A DNA stretch of 41,599 bases from Octopus sinensis. Taxonomy: Eukaryota. How positions within the stretch are numbered: position 1 is the stretch's first letter; each line of letters opens with the position of its first letter. The notes under the pieces are model-generated. The model did not search any database. It was not told the origin of the DNA and was given only the letters and a program-made list of their open reading frames with translations. Of the stretch, positions 26,455 through 40,040 are shown piece after piece. The position numbers were made by a program, and so were the translations under genes. The stretch covers positions 1-41,599 of the forward strand of contig NW_021835743.1 in NCBI RefSeq assembly GCF_006345805.1. The letters are read 5' to 3'.

Positions 26455-26868
26455 CTTTTACTCTTTTACTTGTTTCAGTCATTTGACTGTGGCCATGCTG
26501 GAGCACCGCCTTTAGTCGAGCAAATCGACCCCGGGACTTATTCTTTGTAATCCTAGTACTTATTCTATCAGTGTCTTTTGCCGAACCGCTAAGTTACGGG
26601 GACGTAAACATACCAGCATCGATTATCAAGCGATTTGGGGAGCACAAACACAGACACACAAAAATATACACACACATACATACCTATATAAAAAATACAT
26701 ATATACGACAGGCTTCTTTCAGTTTCCGTCTACCAAATCCACTCCCAAGGCATTGGTCGGCCCGAGGCTATAGTAGAAGACATTCGCCCAGGGTGGCACG
26801 CAGTGGGACTGAACCTGGAACCATGTGGTTCGTAAGCAAGCAACTTACCACACAGCCACTCCTACGCC
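26455..26868 (-). mobile_element. SINE family A, full length
   Basis: The reverse complement starts ggcgtaggagtggctgtgtggtaag...ggttccaggttcagtcccactgcgtgccacc and ends ...aaacaagtaaaagagtaaaag. Confidence 0.9.
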
Positions 26869-27657
26869 AAAATTACATAAAAATATCTTGAAATACTAAA
26901 GAGTAAATTTATTCAATAAAATTGTCATTGACTTCAACCATGATCTCCAGACGACTTCGGAATCTCCTGCAACTTTTCTGGACGGTCTCCTTGGTTAAGT
27001 TGGTCAATACTGCCATAATCCTTCCCTTCAGTTCGTTTTTGGTGTTACAAGGAGTTTTGTTGGTTTCTCGTTCAACTGCGCCCCACACATAATAATCAAG
27101 AGGGTTGCAGTCTGGGGAGTTAGGTGGTCAGATGTTAGGGGTGATGTGGTCGCAGAAATTGTCTGACAGCCATGACTGGGTTCTCTTGCTTGCGTGACAA
27201 GGTGCAGAGTCCTGTTGCCAGACATAGGGTACTCCAGCAGCCACCCTGTTGATCCAGGGTAACACTACCTCCTCCAGGCACGTGATGTAGGCCTCCCTAT
27301 TAAGTCTGAGACCGTGTGGGAAGATGAATGGATGCGTAACGTCGCCATCACTAGTGATCACTCCAAGCACCTTGATGTTGACTGGATTTTTGACTTTCAT
27401 CACTCTCAGTACATGTCCTCAGATTGACACCCAAACGCTCTGAAATGCTCGTATTGGAGCTTCCGGCGCGAATGCTAAGCAGTACAGCATGTCGTTTCCA
27501 ATTTCTGGCAGAGAAAATTGTATCATGGTGTTGTTTTTCTCACAGTCGATGGCCAACTGACCCTACTACGCAGTGTAGTCGACGAAATCAAAAGCAAACA
27601 ATGCGCATGCGCGGATTAAACATTATAAAATGACGACAATTTGCCCATCGCACCCTG
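26869..27657 (-). mobile_element. Internally deleted Tc1/mariner of the DD37D (maT) group; transposase C-terminal relic at 26909-27420
   Basis: VMKVKNPVNIKVLGVITSDG...WQQDSAPCH...NI*PPNSPDCNPLDYYVWGAVERETNKTPCNTK...FIE*, with 37 residues between the second D and the D of NPLD and TGG>TGA in WPPNSPD. TIR-like end CAGGGTGCGATGGGCAAATTGTCGTC at 27657. The 3' end is cut by the SINE. Confidence 0.85.
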
Positions 27658-27747
27658 CATGTATGTGTGCGTGTGTATACATATATATATATATACATAT
27701 GTATATACATATATATACATATATATATACACACACATACATACATG

Positions 27748-27863
<116 letters not shown>

Positions 27864-27970
27864 CTGCTCGCATAGCCAGCGGGGTGGCGTCATTCGAAGG
27901 CTAAAACAATGCGAACGCATTGTGACCAGCGATGTGTAACAACATCTGATGGTCTGGTGGGTCACGTGAT

Positions 27971-28026
<56 letters not shown>

Positions 28027-28092
28027 GAGGCGTCACGCAGTAGAATTGAACCCGGAACCATGAGGTTGTGAAGCAAATTCTTACCACAAACC
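28027..28092 (-). mobile_element. SINE family A head fragment
   Basis: The reverse complement contains gtggtaagaatttgcttcacaacctcatggttccgggttcaattctactgcgtgacgcc. Confidence 0.7.
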
Positions 28093-28720
28093 CATAAATC
28101 TATGTATGTATGTATGTATGTATGTATGTATGTATATGTGTGTATGTATATGTGTGTATGTGTGTGCGTGTATGTGTACGCTCGTGTATATTGTGATCTA
28201 CAGAAGGTTCGTAAAACTGTAGATAAGAAAATTACTTAATGGCAAGCGAATGACGTGAAGCAACGGGGAAAATACGACGGACGGAAAGTAGCGGAGATTA
28301 CCGAAAAGTGAGAATCTAGAGAAACAGGGTTGTTATAGTTTGTTTTATCTCATTGATTAATAAGAGAGGGATAGGAAGAGGAGAGGGGGTGAGGCGAGGC
28401 GGGATGCCGAAGACGATGCTATTTGCTTCAGTCTCGCTTTTACATGGTTGAAGACGAAGTTTTTATCTTGTGACAACGATTACAAGCTTTGTCGGTGTCC
28501 ATTCTACCAAAACCAGTCGTTTGTTCCGCATGGACGGTGTCCACACTCGACACTTTGACATTTACAATAGCTCCCACTGTTGCTGCCAACAGCACGTTTC
28601 GGTCATGCATGCATGCATACATGCACTCATACAGCCATACGTATAAACAAACGTATGGGCACACAAGCATATAGGCATACATACATTCGTACGTACGCAC
28701 ATACATATATACATAATATG

Positions 28721-28773
<53 letters not shown>

Positions 28774-29121
28774 GTATGTATATGGTGGCTGCCCCCTCGT
28801 TATCGAGTATGACCGTCACACGAAGCTTAATCAATGTTGTTATCGTGCAATGCCTGTGCAAGAAGATTTTTTTTTAAATGAGGAAAGGCTGTGCATTGAG
28901 TCAATCCCACTCACTAAGCAACAGCAGCCATAAGAACGTAAAACATTTAGAAGACGATACAAAAAACACGGACGGGACATTCGAAGCCTTCAATCTTCAG
29001 TCAAGAACCGGATCATCCTCGCAATTCGGCTGATTAATCTTGATATACATATATATGTATATATATATATATATATTATATATATATAATATAATTAATT
29101 ATATATACATACATACATACA

Positions 29122-29152
<31 letters not shown>

Positions 29153-29248
29153 TTATTTATATTCATATCTAATATTTACGTCATTCAACCTTTATATGTA
29201 TATATTTTATGTTATTATATATATCTTTTTGTTTTTATCTTTTTACAG

Positions 29249-29510
29249 TTCTGACGTCGGCGACGAAAACATGAAACAGAACATGTCAGTCATGTGTGGC
29301 TCCCATCAGAACATGCTGCACCATAACTTCGTTCGAGACCTAGGCATTCCTTCCAAAGCTTTGGATGACATGAGGGCCAATCTCAGCCTGCCCCTCATCA
29401 AAAACGAACCCATCCACCACCACCACCACCATCATCATCAGTTCCCGCTCTGTGCACCGCCGCCGCCCATTGAGGCGCACCACCTCCACCATTCCGTGCC
29501 ACCGGTGTGA
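29249..29510 (+). CDS. Terminal coding exon of an unidentified, probably nuclear/transcription-regulatory protein (SDVGDENMKQ...LPLIKNEPIHHHHHHHHQFPLCAPPPPIEAHHLHHSVPPV*)
   Basis: Strong acceptor atctttttgtttttatctttttacag| at 29248. Abrupt switch to GC-rich, non-repetitive sequence, 86 codons then TGA (29508-29510). Contains His8, Pro4 and a psi-K-x-E SUMO-type motif (IKNE). No diagnostic domain, so no gene symbol is given. Confidence 0.8.
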
Positions 29511-29885
29511 GATGATCACGTGCTGAGCGTCAGGTCACGTGGTGGACGAACCATTTTGTTTTTGGTGACTTTTATACTGTCTTTTAGTTGTTTTTATTTT
29601 TAACTTTTGTTTGTTTTTCCTGCGAATTTTCGCGTCGTTCCTTCGTTCCTTCGTTGTTTCATTGTTTTAATTAATTCTTCTTCTTCTTCTTCTTCTTCTT
29701 CTTCTTCTTCTTCTCTTCTTCTTCTTCTTCTTCTTCTTCTTCTTCTTCTCCACCTCCTCCTCTTCCTCCTCCACCCCACTCTCTTTCTCCCTCTTCCGCT
29801 TCTATGTTCCTTGTTTTCAGCGCTTTCTTTCACACACACACGCATATATGTAATCACGAATTGACACACGCGCACACACAACTAC

Positions 29886-29973
<88 letters not shown>

Positions 29974-29991
29974 CATACATATATATGCATG

Positions 29992-30032
<41 letters not shown>

Positions 30033-30730
30033 ATACATTATACCTATATATTATGTGTATGCTGTGTGTGTGTGTGTGTGTGTGTGTTGCTGTATCCGAC
30101 GGAAATCTACTCAGTCTAAGAGTCACGATTATTACATCTCCTACTTGGTCGGCCTATATATCGTTCTGTCTCAGCCCCTCCCTCCAGCCACCACCTATCA
30201 TCTATCTATCTATCTATATTATAATATATATATATATATATTATATATATATATATATATTATTCTTCTCTCTATCCATCTATCTATCTGTCTATTTATT
30301 GACATCACTTTTTACACTCTCTCTTTCTCCTTCTCTCTATCTCTCTTCCTTTCCCTCTCTCTCTCTCTCTCTCTCTTCTGGCTTTTATATATAGATATAC
30401 ACACACAACACGCACACAAACACACACACATTACATACATTAGTAGAATGAGTGATAGACTAATAGAGAGTAAGACAGACAAACAGACAAACAGATAGAT
30501 AGACAGACAGACAGACAGAGAGATCACGTGTGTGTACATGTGTGCGTTTGTGCGTGTATATGTTTATGGATGTGAGCTGTTCTATCTCTCCATCTATCGT
30601 TATATCCATCCGTCTATCTTTCTTTCTTTATATCCATCTATCTCTCAATCTATCTATTTGTTGCATTGGCCAGTCCAAATTTCTAGTAATCTAATGAACC
30701 ATCTCTGTCTCTTTCTCTTTTACACATACA

Positions 30731-30773
<43 letters not shown>

Positions 30774-31105
30774 GTATATGTGCAACTACCGAAATATCTA
30801 TATCTGTCAATCTTTCTGGCTACCGAATTCTCTGTGTATATGTTTAGATATATGTCTATTTGTCTCTATTAAAAATTTGTCCACATTTTTTTAAACTATT
30901 TCACTGAAATGATTATTCGTGTAATATTTTACTTCACAAACCCTTCCTAGTAAAAGGGTCCTCGTTATATGAATTAAACATCCCACCGTCCTCACCCCTG
31001 AGAAAACCCTATTTTATTTGCTGAGCGGGGTGAGGTAAAGTCCCATATGAATGTATGTTTTCTCAACGAATATCCCAAGATATATATATATATACACATA
31101 TATAC

Positions 31106-31184
<79 letters not shown>

Positions 31185-31681
31185 TATATATAAATAATAT
31201 TATATGCGTTATCAACGATGTTGAGACAGCGAATTTGATGATAATATATGATGATGATGATGATGATGTGTATGCTGATGATGGTGATGATGATGATGCT
31301 ATGTAAAAAGAAACGAGAAATGTGTATCAACTTTGAAATATAATTCTTTAATCTGAAAGACAATGAATGCGAGTGTTTGCGCACGCGCATGTGTGAAAGT
31401 TTGGGTTTGAGCGTGTATAAGTGTGTGTATATGTGTGCGTAGTGTATAACTTAAGCATATTAGCTCTAACGGTAGTCTTTATACAAGCATACATATACCT
31501 ATACATACACACGTTTGTATCTATATTAATAACCCTATTGTATACAATACTCAAATAATAAGGACGAAGACATACGTGGCAATGTCAATAAGGGTACTTA
31601 TGTGCTTATAAACACGTTTTTGTGAGTGTATACAAACATACACAACACACACACACACACACACATATATATATTATATAT

Positions 31682-31762
<81 letters not shown>

Positions 31763-31996
31763 AAGAAACACACGAGTGAGTGGACAAGTGAAAGATAAGG
31801 GCACTCAACACATTTAGTAGGAGTTGTATGTATTATTCAAAATAATTTAATTCGGTTCCGTGTTACTTAACGGGAGCCCAACTCCTTGACGCTTCGGTCA
31901 TTGCAGAAGCCTGAAGGAGTTGAGCTTCCGTATGGGATCTGCGAAACTTAAAATGACAAGGAACCGGCTCAAACTGTTTTCAATTATATATATGTA

Positions 31997-32038
<42 letters not shown>

Positions 32039-32150
32039 GAGGGAATATTATTCCAAACTTACAGGGAAAAATTCCATTTAGAAATACTAAATCAAATTTC
32101 ACAAAATACAATATATATATATAAAATATATGTATATATATATATCTATA

Positions 32151-32184
<34 letters not shown>

Positions 32185-32432
32185 TATGCCAAATGAAAGA
32201 CGGAAGATGTAATACTAGTTAAATGTGTGGGGCGCGTGCCTGTGCGTCTGTGTGTCTGAAATAGAGAGCAAGAGGGAGAGAGGGTGTGTGTCTGTGTGTA
32301 TCTACTCATCTGTGTCTGTTTGAGTGTTGCTGAGCGTGTGTATAAACCCACCGATTCATGTATATGGAATCTTAAATAATATCAGATACGTTCAAATTAG
32401 CAAAAGCATGTGTGTATATATATGTGTGTATA

Positions 32433-32477
<45 letters not shown>

Positions 32478-32483
32478 TATATA

Positions 32484-32526
<43 letters not shown>

Positions 32527-32617
32527 CACACACACACATATATATGCATATATATATGATATATATATATTATATATATATATAGGTGTGTGTGGGTGTG
32601 TGTGTGTGTGTGTGTGT

Positions 32618-32654
<37 letters not shown>

Positions 32655-33484
32655 ATGATATACTGCGTGAAAAGTATTTGACAGATCACACTTGTTTTAT
32701 GCGTGTGAAGCTCTCTGTAATGCTTGAATGTTTCATCAACCCTTCTCTACAAATACGTATGTACATCCATACATATATCCATATGTGTGTGTGTATGTAC
32801 GAACGTATGTATAGGTATACATACATGTATGTGTGCGTATGTATATCCACATGGTGCGGATGTAATATGTGTACGCAAACGAATGTAGAAATATTGTGCA
32901 CCCATAACAATTAGCGTCTATGAAGTGCATGCACTGATGTATAAGAATGAGATTCTGACGAGAGGAACTATCCTCTGAAATTCTTGACAATGTTTGGAGC
33001 TGGCACCGTGCCCTTCCCCTCTTCTGCCCTACCCCGAGCCTACCCGCTACCCACCCCGAAATAAAACACAAACCAGCCAGCTCAACGAACGCTGTTTTAT
33101 AGTTTACATAACCACACTGGTTCACAAAATACCTTTGTATTGTTTAAAAAATTACATAAATATTTATATATAATAGTCCATGTATGTACACACACGCACA
33201 TACATATATATAAATATATATATGTGTATATGTATGTATGTATGCCTCTGCGTGTGTATGCTTGTGTGTGTGTATCCGGGTATGGTAGTATATTTGTATA
33301 TTTGTAAGTATGTGTGTATATCAAATACATAGAATTTCAAATGCATATGTGTGCACGTGTTTGTATGTATGGATATATATATATATATACATATATTTTA
33401 TATATACATCTATATACACAAATATATAGTCGTAGATGTATATATTTGTGTGCGTATAAACATTTGGATATATATAATATGTAT

Positions 33485-33700
33485 CGTCGCGGCATGCGAA
33501 AACCGCCATTCTGTGAAAGCCAGCGCATGGCGAAAGAAAGCAATGGCGACCAAAAGCGATTTTGCGCCGCACCTTCTTCGATGACCTCAAAGCCATTGAC
33601 ATTTCATGGAATGAGGCGGAAATCGCCGCGGCTGACCGACCACGTTGGAGAAGCCTTGACGCCCAATGCGCCACATGGCGCAGGACGACCTATGACGAAC
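33485..33700 (+). mobile_element. RTE-clade LINE, extreme 3' end of ORF2
   Basis: SRHAKTAIL*KPAHGERKQWRPKAILRRTFFDDLKAIDISWNEAEIAAADRPRWRSLDAQC resembles the RTE tail motif GxRxRGRPKxTWRRT...A.DR..WR.L. Confidence 0.75.
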
Positions 33701-34059
33701 ACGAAGAAATATTTGTACGTATGTATGTATATAAGTATGCATGTATGTATGTGTGTGTGTGTACATACATTCATATATATATGAACGAATCGAAATTTTA
33801 GTCAAAAAAGAAATTAATGTTAATACGTAAATTTGCAGATTACCACAAGTAATGCTTTTTTATTATTGTTAATAACTGGAAATTCCGTCTTTAGCATACT
33901 ATTAGTTTTGCCATAACAGGGCTCTTCGGGTAACCTCTATACAACAGAACTTACCTCACTAGAGGTAAATGTAAGGGCAAAATTAATACCTGTAATGTAA
34001 AGACAGAATGCCTAGCTATTTATAAAATATCTAAATGTTTAGATATATGAGTAATATTC

Positions 34060-34100
<41 letters not shown>

Positions 34101-34732
34101 CACATACAGACATACATACAAGTTTATATATGTGCGTGTGTATATATATATATATATATGTAATACATATATATAAATATGCGTATATATATAATATATA
34201 TATGTATATAATATATACATATACATATATACACATACATATATATATACATATACATATATATATACATATATATATATATACATATATACATACACAT
34301 ACACACACATGTATGTATATGTATGCTTATGTACATGAATACCTTCACGTGGTACATAAATAAGTATACGTGTGTGCGAGTGCGTGGGTCTGTGAATGTG
34401 TATGTATGTGTATGGAAATGTATGTATGCATGTATATATATGTGCACATATATGCGTTCTATATATATATATATATATATTTATGTCTTTATTTCCATTT
34501 CTTTTTGTTCACACGACTATTTAAAAATAAATGATATCAACAAGCAATGACTGCCTCCTCTTGTTCATTTTTGCTTTTGTTGTTTCTTTTTTGTGTTGTT
34601 ATTGTAATTGCTTTTAGCCCCCGGCCAGTCCTGAAGAGGCAGAAGTTTGGCCAAAGACATCTCGACCTTGACCAGCCCGCCTCTTTTCTGTGTTAAAATA
34701 ACCCAGATCAACATTATGAAACATGGCCTTTG

Positions 34733-35180
<448 letters not shown>

Positions 35181-35201
35181 GATGCGCTTGGTTGACCAAC
35201 T

Positions 35202-35320
35202 CTCGAAACGTAAAAGACTTGTTTTATTTATATTCCTGAGCGCCATACTAATACAATTGTTTGTTTGTATTCCACCTGCCTTCGTCTTTTGTTTATTTTC
35301 ATAAAGCTTCCCGTTATAAA
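35202..35320 (+). mobile_element. 5'-truncated copy 3 of the hammerhead-like short element
   Basis: Begins ctcgaaacgtaaaagactt...ctaatacaattgtttgtttg...cttcgtcttttgttt and lacks the CTGNNGA half. Confidence 0.6.
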
Positions 35321-35459
35321 TGGTAGCCAAGTTTCCATGCCTAGATTTACATTTTGTCAGAAAAACACGCAAGATGGTCTCTGCTGGAGCGCCTTACACT
35401 AGTTATCTCCTTAATGAAGAATGATTTTAAGCGACAATGGAATCCTGTATGTGACCCAA

Positions 35460-35650
35460 CGAAGGGGAACCTCTATGTTGTGTATTAGTTTACTAGAAAT
35501 CGCAACCAAATCCCTCAAATCAATAATAGCCAGCGTCGTAAGCAAAAAATATCACATTTGCTAGTGTAGTCTATGATACACATATCCCGAAAAAGAATGC
35601 TTTTGATCCAAAGTCTTATTAATCAGAGCTGACCTAGAATTTAACAAAAA
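35460..35650 (+). mobile_element. SINE-like interspersed repeat, 3' part
   Basis: Homologous to 1660-1825 (-). Confidence 0.4.
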
Positions 35651-35991
35651 GTAATATATTGAAGGATTCCTAAATTGGAAAAAAAAAACACTATGGATCA
35701 AAGAAGGAGTTCTTGGAGAAGTAATTTCCAACACTGATTAGGAGAGGTCAAGGAACTCTGTTGAATTATGAGACTTCCGGCTGGAAATGGTACGAAACTG
35801 CCAACACGTTAGTTGTGAATTCAAACTTCTTGTAGCCAGACGCTGTTAAGTTTCGTTCGCCTGGTTTTTAATAGAAATAAAAGCGTGCCATTTCAGTGGC
35901 ACAAAGTGACGATGTGGTAGAAGATGGCGATATTAGTTTGGGTCGCAGAAATATTGTAAATGGTAGAATATTGTGGATGTTAATACTGGTG

Positions 35992-36046
<55 letters not shown>

Positions 36047-36440
36047 CTTCGACATACACGTACTTTCTCTATGCGGACATTTCTTATTTCTTTATTGCCC
36101 ACAAGGGGCTAAACATAGAGAGGACAAACAAGGACAAAAGTATTAAGTCGATTATATCGACCCCAGTGTGTAACTGGTACTTAATTTATCGACTCTGATG
36201 AAAATATTCATCGTCGAGGCTAACGGAAATTCTTTCGACCACCACCAAAGAGGAATATGTAACACATCTTCTTGGAATATTATTTACGGGAGACAAGTGT
36301 CTAATCAAGATAGAGATTTAATTATCACCAAGTCACTGGGACAGAATTTCACTTATTCTGTGTTCTTGCTTCCTGCTAATTATTGGTAAAGAAGAGTACC
36401 AAATCATCTTAGAATGTTATCTTTAATATACTAGGCTTGC

Positions 36441-36634
36441 AAGGCGGCGAGCTGGCAGAGTGGTTAGCACGCCGGAAAAAATACTTTACGTTCTGTGTTC
36501 AATTTCCGCCGAGGTCAACTTTGCCTTTTATCTTTTCAGGGTCAATAAAATAAGTACCAGTTATGTACTGGGGTTGATATAATCGACTTAGCCCCTCTCG
36601 CGAAATTGTTGGCCTTGTGTCAAAATTTGAAACC
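36441..36634 (+). mobile_element. SINE family B
   Basis: aaggcggcgagctggcagagtggttagcacgccgg...ttccgccgaggtcaactttgcc...caaaatttgaaacc, homologous to 18053-18260. Confidence 0.85.
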
Positions 36635-37227
36635 AATATTCTGGGCTTTTGATGAAAATGTTATTTCTCACCAACTTAATTATTGCTATACTGCTCCGCC
36701 GAATACCGATAATTATTGTTTATACTAGTGGTGCTTAAACTGGAAACAATTGCCCCTTGGAGGGCAATGTGATTTTAGGAGGGGATAACAATATGTTGAA
36801 AAGGGGGGTGAGTATTCAGAAGGCCATAATTTTCCTTCAAAAAACAGTATTTACAATAGGTACGGGAATAATATTTTCAGCGCATTTAAAAAAAAAAAAA
36901 CAGTCTTCGCCGAGATTAACATATGAGTAAGACTGCGTTATCCGTGTTCCGGCATGAATACAATAAACCAACGGAGGTCATTAGCTTTTGTTTGAGCGAA
37001 AACACAATTTCTTTTTAGCACAACATGGGAAGGGAAGAGTCGTTTGTAAAATGCCACTCGATGAAAGGTAGGTCTGAGTTACAAGAGATCGGAAAGCCAT
37101 TGGTCTACACTAAGTATTGTGTGCTCATCTCTTTTGTTTACTGAAATTAATGTATGCGCGTTTATGTGCGTATGAATGTATATGTAAACATATATATTAT
37201 ATATATGTATATATGTATATGTATATA

Positions 37228-37289
<62 letters not shown>

Positions 37290-37391
37290 AATATATATAT
37301 ATATATATACATATATATATAGACATACATATATACGTATATGTATATATAATATATTTATGCATATACATCTATACTTATACATATACGC

Positions 37392-37431
<40 letters not shown>

Positions 37432-37432
37432 C

Positions 37433-37464
<32 letters not shown>

Positions 37465-38798
37465 CTATATATTATAATAGGATGCACAGACGAACAGAAA
37501 ACAATGCAGAAGGTCTCCAACTCTTTATCAGTTATCGGCCAGAAATTCAAACGCAATTTCGTGCCTTTAACGATAATATTGATTTCCCTTCTGGTGGCAC
37601 TGGCAAGAGCTTCCGGGAAAATGGCACCGAGAACAGACAAACAATAAATGGATAAACAAGCAATACAGAGGTGGACATACGAAAATGAATAAATGTAATT
37701 CAAAACGAGACCGTTAGTGGACGGACGAGGGACAAAAACGAACTAAATAGACATACAGAATGTAGCCTTTGAGCTAGGTGAAGACGAAGCGTGGGTGACG
37801 CTCAGAGGGAAATCCTAAAGGATTGGACACAGAAGGGCAAGAGACAGCGGAACAAGTTGAAGTGGGAGACTAGAGAAATTACGACCGGTTGCTTTAACGG
37901 CCGGTGTAAAAAAAAAAAGAGAGAGAAAGAAAAAACGGCTGACCACGGATCACGTGTAAGTAGCGAGCAGAGGAAGACACAGCGGACAGAGGGAAGCACA
38001 AAGAGCACAGGAGCAAGAGAGCAAGAGAGAGAGAAAGGAAGAGACAGAGAGAGGAAAAGGAGGAGGAAGAAGAAAGGCTAGAAATAGAATTTACACGAAT
38101 ATATAAACAACTTACCATAAATAAAACTAAGGGTGCGATGTGCTCTATTAATTGATAAGTTAAAAGTGTTTAGTTACGGCACAAATGAAAAACAGACACA
38201 GAATGGCGAGTTAAAAAAATGTAGTAAATGCGCAATATGTCCCGTGCTCACACACGGGTGACATGCACCCCTACCCATATCCTCGCACATGCTCGCAAAC
38301 ACGTTCATATGCACTGACGTGTTGATACCATTAGCCCTCGTCCACACTATGCATGCATAGCCCTCCGGCACCCGTTTCTACGCGCTCATACATCTAGTAT
38401 ACACTCATACACACATACCAGCCGACCGTGTTCCTGTCAGCGTTCAAGGCCGTTCATAGGCCAACCGGACACTAGGGCACCAACTGCTTCCTGTCCAGCC
38501 ATGCAGTCCCAAGAAATTCTCATTTCTAATGCATCTGGTGTTGCTGGAACACTGAACTCACTGCCAACTAGCTAAATACTCACTGCTAAATTGCAGCCCA
38601 GTCTCCAGGAGCCATCATGGACTTCTTCAACCTCTCCATTCGGTTATCCAAGGCTGAAAGAGCCAGGTTTCTGTAGAGTCGCATGGGATTGAATCAAACT
38701 GTTTTAAATAATAATTTTATTAACTTCTGAGTGCCATTTTTACTTTTGTTTGTTCACTCACTCGTGTGTATATATATATATATATAATATATATATAT

Positions 38799-38829
<31 letters not shown>

Positions 38830-38830
38830 A

Positions 38831-38908
<78 letters not shown>

Positions 38909-38925
38909 TAGATATATATATAGAG

Positions 38926-39000
<75 letters not shown>

Positions 39001-39009
39001 GATAGATAG

Positions 39010-39088
39010 ATCAACGAACAGCCTGCTCGTGAAATGAATGTGCAAGTGGCTGAGCACTCCACAGTCACACGTGTACCCTTGATGTAGT
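39010..39088 (-). mobile_element. SINE family C body fragment
   Basis: The reverse complement actacatcaagggtacacgtgtgactgtggagtgctcagccacttgcacattcatttcacgagcaggctgttcgttgatc matches 24610-24690. Confidence 0.75.
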
Positions 39089-39635
39089 ATATATATATAT
39101 ATATGTTATTCGCAATAATAAATTAGGCAAAAGAACACTTAATACAAAGTGTTGACCAAAGATCCTTTACTTTCTGTAACTCAACGCCCCCTTTCACCAA
39201 ATGGCGTTTTACAAACACTCCTTTCATCCCTCTCCCCTAGCTCGCTTCCTTTTCACGCAAACATGGGATGCAATAAAAATAGAGTACTCGATACTGAAAA
39301 TATAGAGCTGAAATGTATGTCTAATGGAGTGAAACTTTATGTTTCTTCCCTCTGAGTTTTACGACTCCGATTCTCAAACGAACTCTGAATAATGAAACAA
39401 GAAACCGTTGATGAGAATACTAAGGCAACAAAAGGTAAGTGGTTCATGTTGCGCATGTCTAAAAATAAAGACGAATAAATATAAATGTTTTATTAGGAAT
39501 ATGTATTGAAATGAATAAATTAATTAGTTTGATTTCATTAAAATCAACCGACAGAAACAAAGGACACAGTTTAATCGTATTAACTGATGGTATTCTTGAC
39601 CATTTACTGAACAATTGACCACGTCCAAACACTAC

Positions 39636-39671
<36 letters not shown>

Positions 39672-39699
39672 AAAATTAAAACTGTCTGCAATATGACAC

Positions 39700-40040
39700 A
39701 AAAATTGCCATCAAAAAACGAAATGAAAACAAACTTATCGGAAACTTTAATGGCGAATCTGTCTCATGAAAATTTCATAACAAATGTTTTGATACAAGCA
39801 AGCAATTATATAATTATTGAGAATATCACTTCTGGAATTCAAGTTGTTCCTGCTTTGCAATAATATCAAAAAACTTTTCTATTGAACAGCTTCTTTCTAC
39901 AGCCGTCATGATTGTAAGCAGGTGTAAACGTAAAAACAGATCAGTTTTGTATTAAAAGTACCGTTATGGTTTTTCTTTGAGCACCAGATATATCTTGAAA
40001 GTCCTGTAGCCAATGAATGCCTCGGCGACTGAAATTTCAT
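39700..40040 (-). mobile_element. Possible highly eroded hAT transposase C-terminal relic
   Basis: LFLRLHLLTIMTAVERSCS loosely resembles the hAT dimerisation motif LRIFLTxPVTxASxERSFS. Many stops are present. Confidence 0.3.

Noticed and set aside
28960-29010. Hammerhead on the - strand (CTGAAGA-TTGAAGGCTTC-GAATGTC)
   Set aside because: Helix II is awkward, GAAU replaces GAAA, and there is no convincing helix I.
31853-31966. Twister, HDV-like ribozyme or SECIS assignment for the structured element
   Set aside because: The UAA and the pseudoknot partner are not adjacent to P1/P2 as twister requires, the HDV nested order is absent, and the helix above the GA motif is too short for a SECIS.
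37422-37703. Non-repetitive ORFs on both strands near 37.5 kb
   Set aside because: No recognisable motif or convincing splice sites; they start or end in microsatellite.
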